A model generated the notes under the pieces. The model did not search any database and had not been told where the DNA came from. It saw nothing but the letters and a program-made list of their open reading frames with translations. DNA of 64,000 bases from a bacterium. GTDB lineage: Bacteria > UBA8248 > JACPRG01 > G963555815. The position numbers and the translations under genes were made by a program. Positions 33,633-43,891 of this stretch are shown in pieces. Position 1 is the stretch's first letter; the number at the start of each line of letters is the position of its first letter. The DNA lies in assembly GCA_965261595.1 (NCBI GenBank), contig CBDHDG010000007.1, positions 736,001 to 800,000 of the forward strand, in the 5' to 3' direction.

Positions 33633-34038
33633 GGCGGATCTCCCTGTCTTGAACCCTGTGAATGAAATGGCGAGCTCCATGCTGACATAAATTGGGTCCC
33701 GCGAACAAGATCCCGCCGGATGGCGTGAAGGGCGTGATACGGCTTGTCGGAGATTTTCCCCCTTGAAAAAAAGATATGGGGGGGTGAATCTCTAGTGTTC
33801 TGTCTGATAAATTCGTTGAATAATGCCGGCGATGATCCGTGCTCAGGAGCACCTGAGATGAGCAGGAGGGCTCAATGCGTCCGGTCGCCAAACGCCGAAG
33901 CCGGGCGGGCAAGATGCCCGCCCGGCTTCGGCGTTTGCAAATGGCCCCACTGCTCGGTAGGCCGGGCTTCCAGCCCGGCCTCAATTGGCAGACGAATTTC
34001 CTTGAGTTCATCAACGAATTTCTCAATCAGGGCACTAG

Positions 34039-34301
34039 CAGGCTGCGGAAAAACTCCCGAAATTGGGACCGGCGCAACGGATTTCCTAAACGTCCCACTT
34101 TCAGGATGTAGGGGAGCCCCTTGCGGGCTCCCTTGTAGGCTCGATGGGCCATCGAAGGAAGAGTCGAACAATCAATGGGTTATCCTCTCCTCGCAAAAAG
34201 CGGGAGGGCGCAAGGCCCTCCCCTACAACAATTATCATCACGATAGATGAGCATACGAATCGCTCCAACGGTCCTGAGCAAGATCGTTTTTCCGCAACCT
34301 G
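34039..34301. mobile_element. Non-autonomous MITE-like element (IS5/IS1182-type ends) containing a GTAG REP doublet
   Basis: TIRs CAGGCTGCGGAAAAAC / GTTTTTCCGCAACCTG (15/16), flanked by CTAG and ATAG; internal TGTAGGGGAGCCCC...(34107) and ...CCCTCCCCTACA (34227). Confidence 0.7.
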
Positions 34302-34351
34302 ATAGTGGCTGGAGATTCTATATTCAATGATCTCAGCGGAGGAGGGAAGGG

Positions 34352-34723
34352 ATGAAGGACCGAGGGTTTTCTATCGGCGAGTCCGCAAACGTGGCTGGAC
34401 TAACGGTGAGGACTGCACCTGGGAGACCAGTGGCTGCGTGCGGCCGTCGGACGAGACCGTTGGGGAAAATTCCCGTCGGAAAGGGGGAAGTCATGTGTGA
34501 GTATTGTGGATGCGAAGAGGGTTTTCAGAGTGTGAAGGTCATCCTTCTGTCCGGCTCCGTCGTCGTGAGCCGTCATCACCCCAAAACGGCCCTTGGCCTG
34601 GTGGCGGAAAGCGGCAAGAACCCGCCGGAGCGCGTAAAGATGATCAGCCTCTTCACCGATAACGACCAGACCGGCGAGCCGGTGGACGCCTATTACGGCG
34701 CGATACGCGCGGTCCGGGAGTGA
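34352..34723 (+). pseudogene. Mosaic remnant ORF: MerR-like N-terminus, MCEYCGC segment, DUF3047-like C-terminus
   Basis: FSIGESANVAGLTVRT; RBS plus MCEYCGC near 34493; FTDNDQTGEPVDAYYGAI. Confidence 0.4.
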
Positions 34724-34727
34724 CGCC

Positions 34728-35900
34728 ATGCCCGCCTGGCTCAAGCGCAGCCTTCTCAATCTCCGGCGGAGGCCGTTCCGCACCGGTCTCGTTTCGATTT
34801 TTCTCGCCCTTGTGATCGGCCTGTTCACCGTCATGGCGGTCATCAATCGTTTCTCGGCGGAACGTTTCGCCGAGTTGGAAGGGGCCTTGGAATCATCCAT
34901 TGACGTTCGTCCGATTGGCTCTCTGGGGCTCGGCGGCAGGCGCTCCCGGCCGCTGGCTTTTGGTCTTGAGGGCGAAATCCGGAAGCTCTACGCGAATGTC
35001 CAAGTGGACCCGTATCTCATAAGCCGGGAGTTCAAGGGTGACCGAACGGTATTTTATGTCGGCGTTCGGCCGGGCTCGCCTCTTCGGCCGGTGGGCGATC
35101 CCGAGTCCATGAGTGAGCGCCTGGCCGCCGGGCGCGTCTTCCGAGCCGATGAGGCGGACAAGCTTGTGGCCGTCCTGGGTTTGGAGGCGGCGCGCCGCCA
35201 AGGGATCGATCCGTCTACCTTGAACCATCCGGTGATCGTCACAATCCGGGACAAAACGTGGCGGGTCATCGGTCTGTTCGACGGCGGCAACGGTTTTGTG
35301 AATGGCCAGGTCTTTCTTCCGTTTGAATCGATGCGGCGGCGATTCAACGCGGCGGGACTGTCCCGCATTGTCGTTCGGGCTTCCTCGGCGGCTGAGGCGG
35401 AGAAGACGGCCGATGCCTTGCGCATCAAGCTGGCCGGCCAGGCGGATGTTGTGACGAATCGGCCGGCGGTAAAGATTGCCCAGCGATTTCTCGCCGGCAT
35501 CTCCGGGGCGACGCGGACGGGCGCGCTGTTATTTCTGATCGCCGGCGCCCTGGTCGTCATCGGCGCCATGGTGTTGGCCTTCCGTGACCAGCAACGCGAA
35601 ATTGGCGTGGAAAAGGCGCTGGGGGCCTCGAATTCGGTGATCGCCGTACGGCTCCTGGCGGAGTCGGTGTTTCTCACGACGCTCGGCGGGATGGGCGGCC
35701 TGGCCGTCTCCTGGCTCGGGCTGGCGATCTACGCGCGAAGTTGGACGAGCATCAAGTTCGGATTGATCCGCACCCCTTTGCCTCCGCTGACCGTTGCGGT
35801 CATTCTTCTGACGTGCTTGTTGCTGGGCGCGGTGGGGAGTCTCTATCCCATCCTCCGCAGCCGCCGGCTCAATCCGGCTGTCATCCTGCGTGAAGAGTGA
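34728..35900 (+). CDS. ABC transporter permease (MacB/FtsX family)
   Basis: NLRRRPFRT N-terminus, periplasmic domain, REIGVEKALGAS, RRLNPAVILRE. Confidence 0.88.
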   Translation: MPAWLKRSLLNLRRRPFRTGLVSIFLALVIGLFTVMAVINRFSAERFAELEGALESSIDVRPIGSLGLGGRRSRPLAFGLEGEIRKLYANVQVDPYLISREFKGDRTVFYVGVRPGSPLRPVGDPESMSERLAAGRVFRADEADKLVAVLGLEAARRQGIDPSTLNHPVIVTIRDKTWRVIGLFDGGNGFVNGQVFLPFESMRRRFNAAGLSRIVVRASSAAEAEKTADALRIKLAGQADVVTNRPAVKIAQRFLAGISGATRTGALLFLIAGALVVIGAMVLAFRDQQREIGVEKALGASNSVIAVRLLAESVFLTTLGGMGGLAVSWLGLAIYARSWTSIKFGLIRTPLPPLTVAVILLTCLLLGAVGSLYPILRSRRLNPAVILREE

Positions 35901-37200
35901 CCCGGTAATGTTCCGGAAATTCCTTTTGCACTACGCCTGGCGCAACCTCTGGCGCGCGAAAGGACGCACGATTTGGGTCCTCGCCCTCACCGCGCCAATG
36001 TTCCTGTCCGTCTTGATGATGCTCGCCATATCCAGCGCCTTGGACACGCAGGTCCGCCATCTGGGCAGGGGGACCGCCACGTTGATCCAGGTCCGGGCCC
36101 GTGCGGCCTTTGGACATGTCAACCAGGCGGGCGGTCTGAATCGGTTGCTGCCCGCCTCAGCCGAAAGCCGGATCGCACAGATGGATCATGTCGTAAAAGT
36201 TGAGCCGTACCTTGTGGCCATCGAGCCGATCGGGGGTTACTACATGACCCTTCACACCGGTGTGCGGCCGGGCGACGCGCGCCGTCTCGCCACCCATGGC
36301 GAAGTGGGACAGGTGGAAATCGTCGCCGGACGAGACCTGACTTCGGACGATGAGGGAAAGGACATCGCCCTTTTGGGCGTCGCCTATGCCCGGAAGATGG
36401 GGATCACGCCGAAAACATTCCGGCCCGGTGAAACGGTGTTCGTCAAGGCCCCTTTGCACGATGGCGAGCCCGGGGTGATTCAGACGGGGATGCGAACCAT
36501 AGGCGGCCGGCCCTTTCGTCTCGCGGGGCTTTTCACCAGCGGTTACGCCTTCGGCGACAACCAGATGTTTCTCCCCTATGAGACCTTCCAACGCCACTAT
36601 GGCGTCAAGGACAAAATCTCCAAGCTGTTCGTTCGAGTGGATCAGGTTGATCACGTGCCGACCGTGGCCAAAGCCATCCGGGCGAAGTTTCCCGAGCTCG
36701 ACGTAGGGACGCGCAAAGACGGCGCCCGGTTCATGTCGGCCGCCCTCGCGACGATGCGGCGCATCGGGCGAATTTGGGTCGCGGGCATGGTGATTCTCTC
36801 CGGGGCGATTGTTCTCTTTGCCATGCTCCTGGCCGCCGATGAACGCATCCGCGAGTTGGGCACGCTCAAAGCGATTGGCGCGTCCACAAAAGACATGGCT
36901 GTCATTGTCATCGCGGAATCATCGCTGATCGCCGGGATGGGCGCGGCCCTGGGCGGGATGCTGTATGTCTCGTTCGGTCCGGCCCTCGGCCGGGCCTTTT
37001 TCGGCGCGACCCTGGGGGTCTATCTGCCCGGCCAGTACGGGGAAAGCCTCTTGGACAACATGATCTTGCGCTACTCGGTATCCGCCGGATTGATCCTCGC
37101 CCTTGTGATCGCCGCCGCCGCGGTGGGTTTCCTCGGCAGCCTTTATGCCCTATATCGCGCTTACCGGCTGAGCCCGGTCGAGGCCCTGCGACATGGCTGA
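35890..37200 (+). CDS. ABC transporter permease (MacB/FtsX family)
   Basis: AWRNLWR.KGRT, ERIRELGTLKAIGAS, RLSPVEALRH. Confidence 0.88.
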   Translation: MKSDPVMFRKFLLHYAWRNLWRAKGRTIWVLALTAPMFLSVLMMLAISSALDTQVRHLGRGTATLIQVRARAAFGHVNQAGGLNRLLPASAESRIAQMDHVVKVEPYLVAIEPIGGYYMTLHTGVRPGDARRLATHGEVGQVEIVAGRDLTSDDEGKDIALLGVAYARKMGITPKTFRPGETVFVKAPLHDGEPGVIQTGMRTIGGRPFRLAGLFTSGYAFGDNQMFLPYETFQRHYGVKDKISKLFVRVDQVDHVPTVAKAIRAKFPELDVGTRKDGARFMSAALATMRRIGRIWVAGMVILSGAIVLFAMLLAADERIRELGTLKAIGASTKDMAVIVIAESSLIAGMGAALGGMLYVSFGPALGRAFFGATLGVYLPGQYGESLLDNMILRYSVSAGLILALVIAAAAVGFLGSLYALYRAYRLSPVEALRHG

Positions 37201-37905
37201 TTCCCCCCCCCCTCCCCGAGAGCCGGCCCCGTGGTCCGGCTGAGCCGCGTGTGGAAGCGCTACCGCCTGGGGACGACGGTTGTCGAGGCCCTCCGGGGGA
37301 TCGATCTCGTCATCCATCGGGGCGAGGTGATCGGCCTCATCGGTCCCAGCGGCAGCGGAAAATCGACCCTCCTGCATATCATCGGCGGGATGGACCAGGC
37401 CGGCGAGGGCGAGGTGAACGTCGCGGGGGAGGACCTTCATCGACTGACGCCCGCCCGCCTGACCGCTTTCCGGCGGGGGAACGTGGGCTTCGTCTTTCAG
37501 GGCTTCAACCTGATTCCGAACCTGACCGCCCTCGAAAACGTCCTTCTCCCGACGGAGTTCGCCGGCGCGCCGCGGAGCTTCTGGAGCGCGTGGGCCTGGC
37601 CGGCCGGATGCGCCACCGGCCGGGTCAGCTCAGCGGCGGCGAGCAGCAGCGCGTCAGCCATCGCCCGGGCGCTCGTCAACCGCCCGACGCTCGTGATGGC
37701 CGATGAGCCGACCGGGAACCTCGACACGAAGACCGGAGCGGCGATTGTCGAGCTGCTCACCTCGCTTGCCGGCGAGCAGACCGTCCTGGTCGCGACGCAC
37801 GATGAGCGAATCGCGCAAAAGGCCGATCGGGTCATCCACCTGTCCGATGGCGATATCGTGAAGGATGAGGGGGTCGCGGCGAAGGCAGGCCGGGCGGATC
37901 TTTGA
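37193..37905 (+). pseudogene. LolD/MacB-type ABC ATPase, frameshifted (pseudogene or assembly errors)
   Basis: Walker A GPSGSGKS and DEPTGNLD in one frame; signature LSGGEQQRV in another (~37570-37660); ATG 37193 is out of frame across a poly-C tract. Confidence 0.75.
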
Positions 37906-38142
37906 CCGGAATCCGTCATGACCCGCATTTTTCAGGACCCGATTGTTTTGCTGTCGCTCACCCCCGCGATTCCGCCCCCCCCTCCCTCTCCCCCCCCGGG
38001 ACTTCTCGCCGGTCATCAGGGGCGAAGCCGGTTTTGCCTCGCCCTCACCGATGAAATCCGGAAAATACCCCGCCGCGCGAATTTCCCCTTGACCCCGTAT
38101 GTCGGTACGGGATTTATATTCAATGTCCGGGGGGATGCGGTG

Positions 38143-40623
38143 ATGACGGAAGCCGAACGGAAGCCGATGGAAAAGCTCAACCTGAAAATCGGCGGGATGC
38201 AGTGCTCCTTCTGCGTCGATAGCATTCACAAGGCCCTCGCCCGCATGAAAGGCGTGGGCGAGGTCGCCGTGAGCCTGTCGCACGAAGAGGCCCTGGTCCG
38301 GTACGACCCGGAGGAGGCGGCGCCCGCCGAGATCGAAGACACCCTGACGAGCATGGGGTACACCGTCCGGGACCCCCGAAAGGTTTTTTCCTTCGAAGAA
38401 GGAGAGGCCGAAGTCCGCCGGCACAGAAACCTGCTTGCGGTGACGGCGGTGTTCATGGCGGCCTCCCTGGGTCTGATGACGCCGATGTGGCTGGGCGTCC
38501 GGCACCCATGGTTCAAGTGGGCGATGCTCGCCCTCGCCCTGGGAATGGTCTTCGGCGTGGGCCGTTCCATCCTGAAGATGGCCTGGGCCGCGCTGCGCCG
38601 GGGCATCCTGAACCAGCACATCCTCATGGAGTTCGGCGCCTTCGGCGGCCTGGCGGGGGGCGCGGTCGGGTTCTTCAAGGCGCCCTGGCCCACGGGAGAC
38701 TTCCTGGGGGCCGCGGTCTTCATCACCGCCTATCACGTCCTCTCGATGTACGTCTCCACGGTGGTCCGGACGAAGAGCTCCCGGGCCATCCGGAAGCTGA
38801 TGGACCTCCGGCCCGCGACGGCCCGCGTCGTGCGCGACGGCAAGGAGGAGGAGACGCCCGTCGAGGAGGTTCGCCCGGGCGACCTCGTGCGCATCCGTCC
38901 CGGCGAAGGCGTCCCCGTGGACGGCGTGGTCGTGGAGGGCCTTTCCGGGGTGGACAACAGTCTCGTGACGGGGGAGTCCATCCCGGTGGAGCGGACCGCC
39001 GGCGATGAGGTCATCGCCGGCTCTGTGAACCAGACCGGAACGCTCCTGGTGAGGGTCACGAAAGTTGGCGAAGAGAGTTTCCTCCAGCGGGTGGCGCGCT
39101 CCATCCAGGAGGCCCGGGCGCTTAAGCCGGGGGTCCTGCAACTGGTCGAGCGCGTCCTGAAATGGTTCGTCCCGGGGGTCCTCATCGCTGCGGGGACGGC
39201 GTTCGCGCTTTGGACCTTCGGGTCCTGGCTGGTGATTGGAGAGCCCAACTTCGGCCGGGCTGTCTTCGCCGCGCTGGCGACGCTGGTGATGGGCTATCCC
39301 TGCGCCCTGGGGATGGCCACGCCCCTGGCGATGATCCGGGGCGGGGGGATAGCGGCCGAGAAGGGTGTCTTGATGCGCTCCGGCGAGGCCTTCCAGGTCT
39401 TCAAGGACGTGCGGAAGGTCGTTCTGGATAAGACCGGCACCCTCACCCGGGGGAGGCCCCGGGTGGTGGATATCGCGGCCGCGGAGGGTTTCCCGGAAGA
39501 ACGCGTCCTGGCCCTGGCGGCGGCGGCCGAGCGCCCTTCGGAGCATCCCCTGGCCCGGGCCATTGTGGAGCGGGCGGCGGCGGCGGGTTATCCGGAGGCC
39601 CGGGATTTCCAGGCCCTGCCCGGACAGGGGATCAAGGCGACGGTGGAGGGCAGACAAGTCCGGGTGGGCAGCCCCCGCTTTCTGGCGGAGGAAGGCGTGG
39701 ACCTGGGCGCGCTCCGGACGCGCGTGGAAGAGATGGAGGGCCGGGGCCAAACCGTCGTCGGGGTGGCCGAGGACGGGCGGGCGGCGGGGATCCTCGCCAT
39801 CGCCGACACCTTGAAAGATGACGCGGCGGAGACGGTCGCCCGAATGAAGGCGGCCGGTCTGGCGCCGGTCATGATCACCGGCGACAACCGGCGGACGGCG
39901 AATGCGGTGGCCGCTCAGGTCGGCATATCGGAGGTCCTGGCCGAAGTGCTCCCCGATCAGAAAGCCGAGCGGGTGCGGGAGCTTCAGCGTCAAGGCCATC
40001 GCGTGGCCATGGTCGGAGACGGCATCAATGACGCGCCCGCCCTCATGCAGTCGGACGTGGGGATCGCCATCGGCGCGGTGACGGACATCGCCATCGAATC
40101 CGCCGATGTCGTCCTCATGGGCGACCGGCTGGGCGGCGCGATGGACGCATACGCCATCGGCAAGAGCAGCTTCCGCAAGACCGTCCAGAACGTCGTCCTG
40201 GCCTTCGCCTTCAACGGCGTCGGCGTCCCGGCGGCGATGACGGGGATCGTCCACCCGGTCATGGCCATGATCGCCATGGCGGCCAGCGTCAGCGCCGTGC
40301 TGTTGAACTCATTCGGCGGGAGGCTTATCCCCCGTGGAGCGGGAAGGAGAGTCGATTCCGGGGCGTTGGCCCTCAGGCCCGCTCCGGCGTCGGCCGGGTC
40401 TTTCGTCTCCGGCGACGCCCGCCTGCTTGCCGTCACCGTGAAAGGCATGCACTGAGGCGGATGCCTCGCGGCCATCGAGCGGGCGCTCGAACCGATCCCC
40501 GGAGTCCACAAGGTGGAGGGAGACGTGAAGACGAAGCGGGTCGAAGTCCTCATCCAAGGGGAGGAGGACGTGGAGGAGGTTTTCCGGGCGTTGGAGCGGA
40601 GCGGGTTTCCGGCGGAGGTCTGA
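38143..40623 (+). CDS. copA: P1B-type heavy-metal (Cu+) ATPase with a C-terminal HMA domain after an in-frame TGA (probable Sec)
   Basis: N-terminal GMQCSFC, TGES, YPCALG, DKTGTLT, SEHP, GDGINDAP; GMH-TGA(40453-40455)-GGC reads on in frame to TGA 40621-40623. Confidence 0.85.
40456..40490 (+). promoter_or_regulatory. Candidate bacterial SECIS element
   Basis: Stem TCGAGC/GCTCGA (40475-40490) with GGGC loop starting 26 nt after the UGA. Confidence 0.55.
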
Positions 40624-40627
40624 AAAG

Positions 40628-41281
40628 ATGTGGGAGGCCGTTCAGTTCGTGGGCGTCCCCCTGGGGTTCGGCCTGATTGGTTTTGTCGAGCCTTGCTCGA
40701 TGGGGGCGAACTTCGTATTTCTCGCTTATCTTCTGGACCGGCCCGCCGCGGAGCGGGTCCGCCACGCCCTCACCTTCGTTCTGATCCGTTCGCTCTTCCT
40801 CGGGCTTCTGGGCGGCGGCGTCGCCTGGGCGGGGGAATCCATCGCGAAGGGCTCTTACCTCTACAGCGCGGGGCTCGGGGGGATCTACATCCTTCTCGGA
40901 CTGGCCGCGCTGGGGGTTCACTTCGGCCTGTTGCGGCTTCCCGCCGGGGACCCGCGGGGCTGGATCGAAAAAAAATCCGGTCTCGCGCTGCCGATGGGGA
41001 TCCTCTTCGGCCTGAGCGCGCCGATTTGCGCGGCCCCCTTGTTTCTGGCCCTTCTGGGGCAGGCGGGCGTGGCGGGCATGGGGAAGGGGTTTCTCTCCCT
41101 CGGCCTTTTCGGGCTCGCCCTGTCGGCGCCGTTCCTGGTCCTCGCGGCCTCGAAGCGGGCCTCGGATCTGCTCTCGCGGGTGGGAAGGCATGCGCCGCGC
41201 ATGACCCTCGTGGCCGGGGTCGTCCTCATCCTGTTGGGCCTTTGGAGCGTCGTCATCGGCTGGAAGGGCCTGCCGGTGTGA
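40628..41281 (+). CDS. CcdA/DsbD_2-family membrane protein (cytochrome c biogenesis-like)
   Basis: GFVEPC and APICAAP Cys motifs, about six TM segments. Confidence 0.8.
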   Translation: MWEAVQFVGVPLGFGLIGFVEPCSMGANFVFLAYLLDRPAAERVRHALTFVLIRSLFLGLLGGGVAWAGESIAKGSYLYSAGLGGIYILLGLAALGVHFGLLRLPAGDPRGWIEKKSGLALPMGILFGLSAPICAAPLFLALLGQAGVAGMGKGFLSLGLFGLALSAPFLVLAASKRASDLLSRVGRHAPRMTLVAGVVLILLGLWSVVIGWKGLPV

Positions 41282-41511
41282 GCTCGGGAGACGGCATCTT
41301 ATCGAGGCCCAATCTCAATACCACTTCTCGTATTGAATGCTTCCCCGCGCCGCCGACGATTTCGCCGGCGGGTCCGCCATCAAGTCATATCGCGTTTCGC
41401 GGATCTCGATCAGGCCCATGGGGAACACAATGCCGGGATTTGGCCGGCGCCCGTCCGTTGGGCCGATGATTGCAAGCCGACCGGTTCAATCGACCTGCCC
41501 CGTTCCGGCGT

Positions 41512-42810
41512 TTAGGTTGGTGAGAAACCCGGGTGGGCCGCTGATTCGCGGACGGGCGTGATGCGGATGTCGAGCCGCCCGTGGGCCTCGCGCAGCGCGG
41601 CCTCGACCTCGGCGGGGGCGTCCGCCCGGGCGAAGAGGAAGCCCAGGTACTTCGACCCTTCCGGAAGGGGGCGGACCGTCTGTCCGGTGGGGATCATGAT
41701 CACCGCGTCCTCGATGCCGGGGACCGCGCGGGCCTCCTCCATGCCGAGGACTTCATCGAGCCTCCCGGCCCGGGGGATGGGGATCATCATGACCCCGGCC
41801 GCCCGGCCTTCCCGCTCCAGGGACTCGGTTTCCGTTCCCCCCTCCCCCCCCCCTTCCCCCCCCAGGGCGTTGCGGAGGATCAGCTCCTCGAGGGAAATCC
41901 CGGTCCCGAAACGCAACGTCCGGGAGCATAACCCGCCGATGGACCGGGCCGCGATCTCGATGGGCCAAACGCCCCGGCCGTTGATCCGGACCTCCGCGTG
42001 GACGGGCCCCTCCCGGAGCCCGATGGCCTCCGCCGCGCGCGCGGCGCAATCGGAGATCGCCTCCCGGACATCCGCCGGCAGGCGGGAGGGCGTCACGTAA
42101 ATCGTCTCCTCGAAAAAGGGGCCTTCCAGCGGGTCGGGCTTGTCGAACAGCGCCAGGACGCGAAGCCGGCCCCCCGTGAGCATCCCCTCGAGGGCCGCCT
42201 CCCGGCCGGGGAGATAATCCTCGACCAGGATCTTCGTCGCGGCCTCGCGTCCCCGGGAAGCGATTTCGGGATCTTCCAGGAGGGCCTTGACCCGAAGGAA
42301 CGCCTCGACGAACGCCTCCGGGCCGTCCGCCCGGATGACCCCCCGGCTGGCCGAGAGGAAGACCGGCTTGATGACGCAGGGATAGGCGATGTCGGCGGCC
42401 GCTTCCAACGGATCGTCCCGGACCGAGAACAGCTCGAACCCGGGAGAGGGGATTCCGGCCTCGGCCAGCCTTTGGCGGAACCGGTGCTTGTCCCGCGCCG
42501 CCATGACGGCTTCCACCGGATTGTGCGGAAACCCCAGCGCCCGGGAAACCCTCGCCCCGACCAGGGCGGTGTCGTCGTCGACGGGGATCACCGCGTCCAG
42601 GGGATACGTCCGGGAGAACAGCGAGACCTCCCGGGCCGCGCCTTCCGAATCCCCGAAATCGAGGGTGAGGGTGCGGCCGGGCGTGTGTGCGGCGAGGACT
42701 TGGGGAAGATCGGACCCCACCACCACCTCGACCCCCAGCTTGCGGGCCGCCTCCATGAAATCGGTGGTCCGGTAGGATGTGGTGGGGAGCAGAAGGAGAA
42801 CCCGAGGCAT
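41512..42810 (-). CDS. ATP-grasp domain protein
   Basis: ARDKHRFR, PCVIKP..SASRGV, LVEDYLPG.E, HAEVR..IEIAAR. Confidence 0.88.
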   Translation of the reverse strand: MPRVLLLLPTTSYRTTDFMEAARKLGVEVVVGSDLPQVLAAHTPGRTLTLDFGDSEGAAREVSLFSRTYPLDAVIPVDDDTALVGARVSRALGFPHNPVEAVMAARDKHRFRQRLAEAGIPSPGFELFSVRDDPLEAAADIAYPCVIKPVFLSASRGVIRADGPEAFVEAFLRVKALLEDPEIASRGREAATKILVEDYLPGREAALEGMLTGGRLRVLALFDKPDPLEGPFFEETIYVTPSRLPADVREAISDCAARAAEAIGLREGPVHAEVRINGRGVWPIEIAARSIGGLCSRTLRFGTGISLEELILRNALGGEGGGEGGTETESLEREGRAAGVMMIPIPRAGRLDEVLGMEEARAVPGIEDAVIMIPTGQTVRPLPEGSKYLGFLFARADAPAEVEAALREAHGRLDIRITPVRESAAHPGFSPT

Positions 42811-43004
42811 CGAGATCCTCGTCCTTCGCGGAGATCAAGCGGCGCGGAAGGGAGCCTCGGAGATGGGTCGGCAATGAAAACGGAGCCCGCGGAAGAGGGT
42901 CGGCCCCGGGGTTTGGACGCGGGAGACAGATCGGCAAGCCGAGTCCCGGCGCGGCGTCGCCCGCACCCCCCTCCCCCCCCCGGCCGTCCCCGGCCCGGGC
43001 CGGT

Positions 43005-43523
43005 TCACATCAGGGGTGATTCCCCCTTGCCGGGCTGGTAGTAGGGGTTGGCGCCGCCGCGGTGGTCGGTGGTGTCCACCAACTCTTTGATCTCGGGCAT
43101 CATCTCGTTCATTCTGGTCTCGATTCCCTGCTTCAGCGTCACGTTGACCATTCCGCACCCCTGACAGCCGCCGCCCATCTGGACGAACGCGACGTGATCC
43201 TGGATGTCGATGAGCGTCACGATTCCGCCGTGGGCCGCCACGGCCGGGTTGATCTCGTCGTCCAGGAAGGACTGGAACTTCACCTTCAGATTTTCGTCTT
43301 CTTCCGAGGGCCCCTTCCCGTTGGCGCTCTCCGCGGGCGCGGGCTTCAGCGCTTTCACCTCTTCCCGAAGGGCGGCCAACTGTGTTGAGGTTTCGGCGGC
43401 GATGCCGGCGAGTCGGTCCTCCAAAGGCTCGATGGCGTCCTGAAGACGCTTCGTTTGCAGGTGCGACCGGTAGAACAACAACGCGATGACGAGACCTACG
43501 ACGATCCAGGCGGCGATGACCAT
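43005..43523 (-). CDS. NifU/NfuA-domain protein with an N-terminal membrane anchor and coiled coil
   Basis: EINPAVAAHGG..MGGGCQGC..TLKQGIE..DTTDH..GANPYY. Confidence 0.85.
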   Translation of the reverse strand: MVIAAWIVVGLVIALLFYRSHLQTKRLQDAIEPLEDRLAGIAAETSTQLAALREEVKALKPAPAESANGKGPSEEDENLKVKFQSFLDDEINPAVAAHGGIVTLIDIQDHVAFVQMGGGCQGCGMVNVTLKQGIETRMNEMMPEIKELVDTTDHRGGANPYYQPGKGESPLM

Positions 43524-43891
43524 GGTCTTTTCTCTCTCGCTCTCCAAAGGCGCGCCAGCGGCCCCGCCCCTTGCGCGGCCTTCGGATGAATCTGTGGTTT
43601 GAGGTCCCCCGCGGTACGCACACCATCCGTCCGCTCTGGACCCATACAGGCTATTTTATCCCATGACGGCGGAAGGTCAACCGGCTGCGGCGTCTCCGAC
43701 GGCCGAAACTGTGCGTGCGCTTGAGCGGGCAACCGATGTTTCCCGGCGATCTTTCCTTTTATCCCGATCCCGACGCCCGCTTGACGCTGCCTGGCCGATT
43801 GGCCAGCATGTTGTGGCCGACGTCGGAGGAAGGCGTCCGCCCCCGTTGAAATCGACTCCCTCGGATGACTTTTCAAGATTCAAGGAGCCTC

